Source of the DNA: an uncultured Rickettsiales bacterium
GTDB lineage: Bacteria > Pseudomonadota > Alphaproteobacteria > Rickettsiales > 21-14-0-20-44-7
DNA: 64,000 nucleotides
Direction of reading: 5' to 3'
Assembly (NCBI GenBank): GCA_964545245.1
Contig: CAZJFC010000002.1
Coordinates: forward strand, 1,119 to 65,118
Position 1 is the first letter of the stretch. Every line of letters starts with the position of its first letter. A program made the translations under genes and the position numbers. Below are positions 36,748 to 43,419 of this stretch, piece by piece. The notes under the pieces are model-generated. The model ran no database searches. It was not told the origin of the DNA and saw only the letters and a program-made list of their open reading frames with translations.

Positions 36748-38339
36748 TTTTTCTTTTTCTTTTTTGGTTTACCAAGAAGTTTTGTTAAAACTTCTTTTGT
36801 GTTAATTTGTGAGATACAGCTGATTTTAGGCTCCCTGTCCCAGTTTTCCAGTTGCTCCATAATTTGCGGGAATTCTTCTGCATGCTCAAGACTGAAAACC
36901 TTGCCTTCCTCGATAAGTTCGGCGTAATTTTCCACTCCTGTGCTGTCCCATACGATGCTGGGGACGCCAAAATAGTCAGCTTCAAGCACGACGGTTGACC
37001 CAGCGGTCAGATGGACATCTATTTCTGGAAGGAGGTAGCTTAGCAGGGCATTGTCAATTTCCTGCGATATAAGTACGTTTTTCCTGTTTAGTGGACCCTT
37101 CTTGCGTATTGGCAGGCCTTTTGGGTGTTTTCGTAGCAGCCATAAATAGTCTTCCGGGCTTTGGCTGATAATTTTTTGTAAAATCTGTGGGAAATGTTCC
37201 TGATGCTGTAAGCTCACCAGAATTACTTTTTGATAATCCTTTAATTTCCTCTGCAAGTTTATGCTTAAGGGGTTGCCAAAATCCTTTTGTCTTTCAATCC
37301 AGGGATATCCCCCAATTATTGGCCGATGTTTTTTACCTCGTATGTTTTCTTTTATATGCTGGTAGTCCCTTTTCCCCCAGACCCAGAAATAATCAGGCAG
37401 GCAATTATACCCAGTTGGAGGCATTTCGTCCCACCACTTATACAATGGGCCCCATCCGGTTTGATTGCCGTGTTGCAGGTCAACTGTCTTAATACGTAAT
37501 TGATGTGCGGCCGCGCATAAAGGGAGATGGAACTCAAAGCCGATGAAGAACACAACCTTGGGGCGCAATTTTTCAAGTATGGATTTATAAATATCGCGGG
37601 AATGATAATGCCATTCGATGCAATTATTCAGATCCTTATTCTCAAAATTAATACTTGGAATGTGGTAACGGATATCATTACACAAGCTTACCGGGGAGGA
37701 CAACTCGTTCACATAACCGACTGTGCGTTTAAGGGGTGGGATGATGAACAAAGGTTTGTGGTGACGTGTAGTATTAACGAAGCCAGAACTTTTCAGGATT
37801 TCAACCTTCATCGCCTTTCCAATCTTGGAGGCTTGCTCAAAAACCGGGTCGGTAATTCTGTTATAGATTTTGCCGTTCAGTGTAGTTTGCTCCACACCAC
37901 GCTGATTGACAAAAAAAAGAAAATCCAGGCTCTGTTTTTTTTCAATTTCGTGGATTTCAAGTGCGCCATATTTATTCTTAAATTCTGACATCCATTGTTT
38001 GCTTAATTGCATTCGCAGTGGATTAACCGTAACATTCTTTTTTCCTTCCCAGGTTGCTCTTAAGGCACGCCATAGCGCAAACCTTATGGTTGGCCACACC
38101 AGATCGCTACCTAGTTTGATTTTATTAACGGGATAGCTATTGGCGAATCTAATTAATTCATTGCGGTATAGTTCTATATGTTTTCTTTCGGGTGCAGAAT
38201 AATAGAGCATATATGCTTTTCTCTGCGCAAAAGATTGCCGGATCCTGATAACATTCCTTTTAATCTTTTTAAGCGCGAGCCTGTATAAAGGAGTTGGAAA
38301 ATCCGGCTTGTTTATTGGTTCGATCACTGCTTTCCTCAT
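36744..38339 (-). CDS. Hypothetical large transferase-like protein (GT-B/capsule-polymerase-like?) with a poly-Lys C-terminus
   Basis: 531 aa. The K-H-P context (WLLRKHPKG) is seen in several GT-B sugar/phosphosugar transferases. The C-terminus is GKPKKKKKK. It contains A8 and T8 runs. Confidence 0.25.
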   Translation of the reverse strand: MRKAVIEPINKPDFPTPLYRLALKKIKRNVIRIRQSFAQRKAYMLYYSAPERKHIELYRNELIRFANSYPVNKIKLGSDLVWPTIRFALWRALRATWEGKKNVTVNPLRMQLSKQWMSEFKNKYGALEIHEIEKKQSLDFLFFVNQRGVEQTTLNGKIYNRITDPVFEQASKIGKAMKVEILKSSGFVNTTRHHKPLFIIPPLKRTVGYVNELSSPVSLCNDIRYHIPSINFENKDLNNCIEWHYHSRDIYKSILEKLRPKVVFFIGFEFHLPLCAAAHQLRIKTVDLQHGNQTGWGPLYKWWDEMPPTGYNCLPDYFWVWGKRDYQHIKENIRGKKHRPIIGGYPWIERQKDFGNPLSINLQRKLKDYQKVILVSLQHQEHFPQILQKIISQSPEDYLWLLRKHPKGLPIRKKGPLNRKNVLISQEIDNALLSYLLPEIDVHLTAGSTVVLEADYFGVPSIVWDSTGVENYAELIEEGKVFSLEHAEEFPQIMEQLENWDREPKISCISQINTKEVLTKLLGKPKKKKKK

Positions 38340-38479
38340 TCTACTTTTTTACAGAAATTCGCTGCTATATCCACTATGAATAAAGTACAGGCAAATAATA
38401 CAATTTCTAATTGTTATGTAAATTGCCTTTATAAAGGCAAGGTGACGAATTTTTAAGGTAGTTTCACCTGTGCCTAAAG

Positions 38480-38623
38480 TTATGTTTGATACATGGAATA
38501 AATAAGAAGCAGAACCATAGCTGAACAGATAAGCAGGACTTGTCCTGAAAGCGAACGGTCACGGGTCAGGGAGCCATGTTCCCCGAATAAATCTTCCCCA
38601 AGATATTTATATATCTTCTTCAT
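38480..38623 (-). CDS. Possible small membrane protein (47 aa) trailing the Mrp-like genes
   Basis: Hand-translated as MKKIYKYLGEDLFGEHGSLTRDRSLSGQVLLICSAMVLLLIYSMYQT. The ATG lies 1 nt after the stop of the upstream gene. It falls below the ORF-track length cutoff. Confidence 0.3.
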   Translation of the reverse strand: MKKIYKYLGEDLFGEHGSLTRDRSLSGQVLLICSAMVLLLIYSMYQT

Positions 38624-38624
38624 T

Positions 38625-40067
38625 CTATAACCTTTTCGTGAATTCAAGTATTATACCGCTGTAATAGCTGAAACCAAGGGTTAATGCTGTAGTAATAAAA
38701 ACTGCAAGGCTGGTTGTCCATGAAAAACCGGCAGACAGACTGGTTGCAGGTTTCATGAAAAAAGCCCTGATTGTTATGGGCAGGAAATAAAGCAGGTTCA
38801 ATATCATGCTTGCATAAACAACATAAAACACCCAGTTTACTCCTGCTGCTTTAGCTCCGGCCAGCATCATTTCCTTCACCTCATTCCCTGCGGAATAGGG
38901 CACTCCCGCGACTGATAGCGAACACAGGAAGAAGCATATCATCATGAAAGGCATTTTGCGGCCAATTCCGTTAACTTCACTTACTTTATGGATTCCGGCA
39001 AAGATAATTAGCACGCCAACTACGAAGAACAGTGTAATTTTGGCGGAAGCATGGGCGGCAATCTGTAATGCTGCTGCATTAAGTGCCAGCGGGCTGGTTA
39101 TTGAAACGGCAAGTATGGCATATGAAAGCTGGGCGATTGTGGAATAGGCAAGTATGGCTTTAATATTTGTTTGCCTTAATGCGATGAGTGAAGCGGTAAT
39201 GATAGTGAACGATGCTATATAGGCGACATATTGCGTGGTGCCGAAGTCCAGATGTTCGTTACCAAATATATAAATGACAATTTTGATAAAGCAGAAAATG
39301 CCAGCATTTACTACGGCTACGGCATGCAGCAATGCGCTGACGGGAGTTGGTGCAACCATGGCTGCGGGAAGCCAGCGATGCAGTGGCATGACCGCGGATT
39401 TTCCTATTCCATATAGGAAAGCAAGCAATAATAATATTTGTGTTATCGCGCTTGTGCCTGGGGGAAGGATACCACCATCAGTGAAATCCGTACTGCCGGA
39501 AAGCTGGAAAACCATTATTATGGCAGGCAGGAATAACGCTACGGAAGTTCCAACCAAATATATCAGGTATTTCCTGCCGGCGCTGACTGCTTTAAAATCT
39601 GCTTTGTGGGCCACCAGGGGGAGTGTGAGCAAAGTCAGGGCTTCATATAATATGAACATGGTTAGCAAGTTTGCTGAAAAAGCAATGCCCAGCGCTGCAA
39701 AAATCGAAAGACTGAGCCATATGAAGAAACGGGTTTGCTTCTGGTCATTCAATTTCCTTAAATAACCGGTTGAATAAATTACCGTTACTACCCATAGCAG
39801 GGAAGCGACTGAAGCATAAATTATACCCAGTGCTTCAATTCTGAACGCGATATTGATATTTGGCAGCAATTTAAAAAGTTTTATATCAATGCTTTCACCA
39901 AGATAATATCTGCGCGCAAGGATATATACCACTATGCAAAGTATAGTTCCCGTGATTATCCCGATAATATCGCGTAAGTTTTTGTAACTGCCAAAAAGAT
40001 TTGCTAAAGAGGCGTTGACCAACGGCAGGAACAGGGCGATAACAAGCAGTATTGAGGATTCAATCAT
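38625..40067 (-). CDS. Proton-conducting membrane transporter, MrpD/NuoN-like (copy 2)
   Basis: 480 aa with about 14 TM segments. Motifs of the Proton_antipo_M family: GIGKSAVMPLHRWLPAAMVAPTPVSALLHA. It has an ATGA overlap with the upstream gene. Confidence 0.75.
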   Translation of the reverse strand: MIESSILLVIALFLPLVNASLANLFGSYKNLRDIIGIITGTILCIVVYILARRYYLGESIDIKLFKLLPNINIAFRIEALGIIYASVASLLWVVTVIYSTGYLRKLNDQKQTRFFIWLSLSIFAALGIAFSANLLTMFILYEALTLLTLPLVAHKADFKAVSAGRKYLIYLVGTSVALFLPAIIMVFQLSGSTDFTDGGILPPGTSAITQILLLLAFLYGIGKSAVMPLHRWLPAAMVAPTPVSALLHAVAVVNAGIFCFIKIVIYIFGNEHLDFGTTQYVAYIASFTIITASLIALRQTNIKAILAYSTIAQLSYAILAVSITSPLALNAAALQIAAHASAKITLFFVVGVLIIFAGIHKVSEVNGIGRKMPFMMICFFLCSLSVAGVPYSAGNEVKEMMLAGAKAAGVNWVFYVVYASMILNLLYFLPITIRAFFMKPATSLSAGFSWTTSLAVFITTALTLGFSYYSGIILEFTKRL

Positions 40068-41551
40068 AATAGCCCCGATGCGATTGTATTAAAGAAGTTA
40101 AGCATGGGAGTAGCCCTGATACCGAAATATATACTCAACAATGCGAAGAAAAATACGCAGAACCCGTCGACAGGAATAGCGGGTTTTTCGCTGGTGGGTT
40201 CATGAAAATATATCACTTCAATCATTTTAAACAGATAGATAATTGCGCAGATTGCTCCTGCTATGACACCCGCCAGGGAGATAATGGCCATAGTTGTGCC
40301 ATTTTCTATTAGGGCACTGATAAGCAACCATTTGCTGAAAAACCCAACGGTTAGCGGCATCCCGAAAAGGCTCAGTGCCAGAATCACGAATGAAGCTGAA
40401 AGGAGAGGGCGGTTTCCCCCCATTCCTGCAAGGTTTTCCAGCTTTCCGGCTCCGTAATATGTTATTACAATGCCGATGAATATGAACATTCCGCCGGTGG
40501 CAAGTGCATGGCTGAGAAAGGCTGTCATTGTGGAAGTCAGCCCTTCTTCGCTTACAAGGGCTATGCCCAGCACCATATAGCCGATATTGGCTATTGATGA
40601 GAAGGCAAGTATTCTGCGTAAATCATTTTGAAAGCATGCCGCAATTGACCCGTAAATAATTGCCAGCACCGCTATTACTGATAGGGGCAAACCAAATTCC
40701 AGCGTGCTGAAAATAAATTCGCTGCCAAATAATTCATATATGATTTTTATCAGCACAAATAATGTGATTTTGGTGGAAACCGCGGCAAAAAGCGCGGAAA
40801 TTATGGTGGGAGCAAAGCTATATGCACGCGGTAACCATGAAGAAAATGGAAAAATTGCTGATTTGATAGCAAGTCCGGCGAACATAAATATGAACCCTGC
40901 CGAACTGAGCTTTGTAAAACCCTGATGTTCGATTATGCCTGATATATAAGAAATATTGAGGCTGCCGGTCTGGGCATAAACAAGCCCTATTCCCAGAAGG
41001 AATAATGTCCCGCCTATAGTGCCGATCACGAGGTAATTAAATGCGGCTGTGAGCGCACGTTTGTTCTTTCCCAGTGATATAAGCGCATATGTGGTTATGG
41101 AAGAAATCTCAAGAAAAACAAATATGTTAAAGATATCACTGCTGGCCGCCATCCCCATAAGTCCGGAAAGGCATAGGAGAAGGCAGGCATAAAATAAGGC
41201 GATGCGCTGGCGGGGAATCTCATGCCTGATATTAACAGAAGCATATGATAGCATGGTAAAGCTTATCGCGCTGACCATTAACATCATGAATGCACTAAAT
41301 CTGGTGATTTTGTATTCAATACCAATGGATGGCGGCCAGCTACCCATATTATATATAACGGCATTGTTATTAATTGACTGAAATAACAAAACAAGGCTGC
41401 CCAGTGCCATAAAGCCAATAACAAAATAAGTTATCAGCCAGCATATATTTTTCCATATTCCTTTACTGGGCAGAAGTGCCAGTAATGGAGCAAATATTAT
41501 TGGCATTGCTATAACGAGTACGGGAAGTTGCCTGATTAAGGTTTCACTCAT
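40064..41551 (-). CDS. Proton-conducting membrane transporter, MrpD/NuoM-like (copy 1)
   Basis: It has GLAIKSAIFPFSSWLPRAYSFAPTIISALFAA. The start is chosen at the ATG at 41551, which has the SD GAGGAGGA and an 8-nt overlap with the mrpC-like stop. Confidence 0.75.
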   Translation of the reverse strand: MSETLIRQLPVLVIAMPIIFAPLLALLPSKGIWKNICWLITYFVIGFMALGSLVLLFQSINNNAVIYNMGSWPPSIGIEYKITRFSAFMMLMVSAISFTMLSYASVNIRHEIPRQRIALFYACLLLCLSGLMGMAASSDIFNIFVFLEISSITTYALISLGKNKRALTAAFNYLVIGTIGGTLFLLGIGLVYAQTGSLNISYISGIIEHQGFTKLSSAGFIFMFAGLAIKSAIFPFSSWLPRAYSFAPTIISALFAAVSTKITLFVLIKIIYELFGSEFIFSTLEFGLPLSVIAVLAIIYGSIAACFQNDLRRILAFSSIANIGYMVLGIALVSEEGLTSTMTAFLSHALATGGMFIFIGIVITYYGAGKLENLAGMGGNRPLLSASFVILALSLFGMPLTVGFFSKWLLISALIENGTTMAIISLAGVIAGAICAIIYLFKMIEVIYFHEPTSEKPAIPVDGFCVFFFALLSIYFGIRATPMLNFFNTIASGLL

Positions 41552-41906
41552 TGAGTGCATCCTCCTCGGCTTTTCCGAATTCACGCTTTATTCGAACCGC
41601 AAGTGCTAAACCAACTGCAAGGCAAGCAAGGCTTACCACAATAGCGGTTAGAATTAACACTTGCGGCAACGGGTTGGAGTAAGCTTCAGTGGGGATGGTT
41701 CCGTTCAGGATGGGGGGAGCGGCATTTTTTACATTTCCGGCAGCAATGAAAATTATCATGACGGAACTCTGAAGCATGGAAAGGCCGAAAAGCTTCTTAA
41801 TAAGGTTGTTTGATGTGATTATAACATACAAGCCTGTACAAAACAGGACAGTGGCTGCGTAGTAAATAAAGCTGCCAGAAAGAAAAGCATCATGGGAATA
41901 AACCAT
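41544..41906 (-). CDS. MrpC/NuoK-like small antiporter subunit
   Basis: 120 aa with 3 TM segments. NLIKKLFGLSMLQSSVMIIFIAAG and LPQVLILTAIVVSLA are typical of MnhC/NuoK. Confidence 0.7.
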   Translation of the reverse strand: MVYSHDAFLSGSFIYYAATVLFCTGLYVIITSNNLIKKLFGLSMLQSSVMIIFIAAGNVKNAAPPILNGTIPTEAYSNPLPQVLILTAIVVSLACLAVGLALAVRIKREFGKAEEDALNE

Positions 41907-41967
41907 ACATATGGTTATAGCTCCGGTTTTCTCATTTTGAAAGAGAAACAGTGCTATTAGCAGGCAT

Positions 41968-41999
41968 AAAAAAAGCCGGGCGAAATACCCGGCTTTTTG
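41968..41999 (-). terminator. Rho-independent terminator downstream of flp
   Basis: The minus strand reads AAGCCGGGTATTTCGCCCGGCTTTTTTTAT: a 7-8 bp GC stem followed by a T7 run, 12 nt after the flp stop. Confidence 0.8.
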
Positions 42000-42011
42000 A
42001 CTTTGTACAAC

Positions 42012-42185
42012 TTAAGATGCTACCGTTGACATTTTGCTTCCGAGGCTGCTGAATGTATTGTTAAGATTCTTACCAAGCATACCCGCGCCCGCAATAATAG
42101 CAATAGAAATAAGTGATGCAATCAAACCATATTCGATTGCGGTTGCACCATCTTCATTTTTGATGAAATTTTTAATAGTTTTCAT
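42012..42185 (-). CDS. flp: Flp-family type IVb pilin
   Basis: Hand-translated 57 aa: MKTIKNFIKNEDGATAIEYGLIASLISIAIIAGAGMLGKNLNNTFSSLGSKMSTVAS. It carries the Flp motif G/ATAIEYGLI. It is missed by the ORF track because it is under 60 aa. Confidence 0.85.
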   Translation of the reverse strand: MKTIKNFIKNEDGATAIEYGLIASLISIAIIAGAGMLGKNLNNTFSSLGSKMSTVAS

Positions 42186-42444
42186 AGTTACTAGTCCTTT
42201 GTTTTATGTTTCGCAGTTTGTTCAAAATTCTGTACTTCATTTTCTGAAGTTCATGATTACATTCTACATTTTACGGCAAATGCTATCAAGAAGTATATTT
42301 TGAACCTTTCGTGACAAAACTAGCCAATTTTAGCTAAAAAAGCGTTAAAACTATCTAAAATCTTTTTTTGAACTTGTACAAGCGAATAAGGTTTTCTGCC
42401 ATTTCACTGAGAATGAGCCATGGCTTAACAAAAATGTAATATAA

Positions 42445-42476
42445 TAAAAAGCCCCGTACGAAATAGTACAGGGCTT
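42445..42476 (-). terminator. Rho-independent terminator downstream of carD
   Basis: The minus strand reads AAGCCCTGTACTATTTCGTACGGGGCTTTTTATTAT: a 9-bp stem (with one wobble pair) followed by a T-run. Confidence 0.75.
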
Positions 42477-42542
42477 TATGCTTGTTATGCGGATATTATA
42501 GCAATATTAGCACATATTCACATCTTTTGCATGTAAAAAGAT

Positions 42543-43238
42543 TTATGCTGCTTTTTTATTCAATGCCTTTAGCAGCATATCTTCTGCTTGTTTGGTATCA
42601 AATTTATTAACCGCAGCAAATTCACCTGCCAGACGTCCGAAGGCAGATTCATAAATAACCCTTTCAGAGTATGAACGGTCTGGATCTTCAACGTTTTTGT
42701 GCAGGTCGCGGACAACTTCGGCGATTGATTGAATGTTGCCGGAATTGATTTTCTGGCCATATTCAGTTGCCCGGCGGCTCCACATACCACGCGCTGATTT
42801 AGGTTTGCCTTTCAGGATAACAACTGCTTTGCCGATTTGGTCCTGATTTGAAAGCTTACGAAGGCCAACAGCCTGCGCGCGCGTTACCGGAACACGCAAA
42901 ATCATCTTTTCACGTTCAAAGTTAAGGACATAAAGGGTTACTTTAATGCCTGCAATTTCTGAAGTTTCAATATCTGTCACCTTGCCCACTCCGTGAGTAG
43001 GGTAAACGAGGTAATCGCCCACTTTAAAATCATATAGGCTTGCAGCCTCGGTTTTTGGTTTAAGTTTAGTCACGGTTGCTTTCGGTTGTGCCTTAGCTGT
43101 ATTAAGCTTGGCGGTGCCCGCTTTCTTGATTGTTGTTTTCGGTGCCACAACCTGAACTTTTTTATTTATAATTTTAGCTTGAACCAATTTTTTAGATTGA
43201 GACTTCTTATCTGCTACTTTAACAGCTGTCTTTGCCAT
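42543..43238 (-). CDS. carD: CarD/CdnL-family transcription factor with a Lys/Ala/Thr-rich N-terminal extension of about 65 aa
   Basis: The core FKVGDYLVYPTHGVGKVTDIE...MILRVPV is the RNAP-interacting CarD domain. The N-terminus MAKTAVKVADKKSQSKKLVQAKIINKK...KLKPKTE is histone-H1-like and low in complexity. The ATG has the SD AGGA 7 nt upstream. Confidence 0.8.
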   Translation of the reverse strand: MAKTAVKVADKKSQSKKLVQAKIINKKVQVVAPKTTIKKAGTAKLNTAKAQPKATVTKLKPKTEAASLYDFKVGDYLVYPTHGVGKVTDIETSEIAGIKVTLYVLNFEREKMILRVPVTRAQAVGLRKLSNQDQIGKAVVILKGKPKSARGMWSRRATEYGQKINSGNIQSIAEVVRDLHKNVEDPDRSYSERVIYESAFGRLAGEFAAVNKFDTKQAEDMLLKALNKKAA

Positions 43239-43419
43239 GATTATGTCCTGTTGATAAAATTACACTGAAGAACCTGCGAAACCCGCAGATTTCCTTGATT
43301 AGGCGAAGATTATAGCACAAATTAGCCCCAAAATAAAGATAAAAATCTAAATAATTTTCATTAATTGTTAACCATTGAGAAAACATAATTTTCTCAAATT
43401 GAGAATATGATTCATGTAA

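Noticed and set aside
42034-42303. 89-aa plus-strand ORF.
   Set aside because: It is antisense to the hand-found Flp pilin gene, which has a diagnostic motif, an upstream leader and a terminator.
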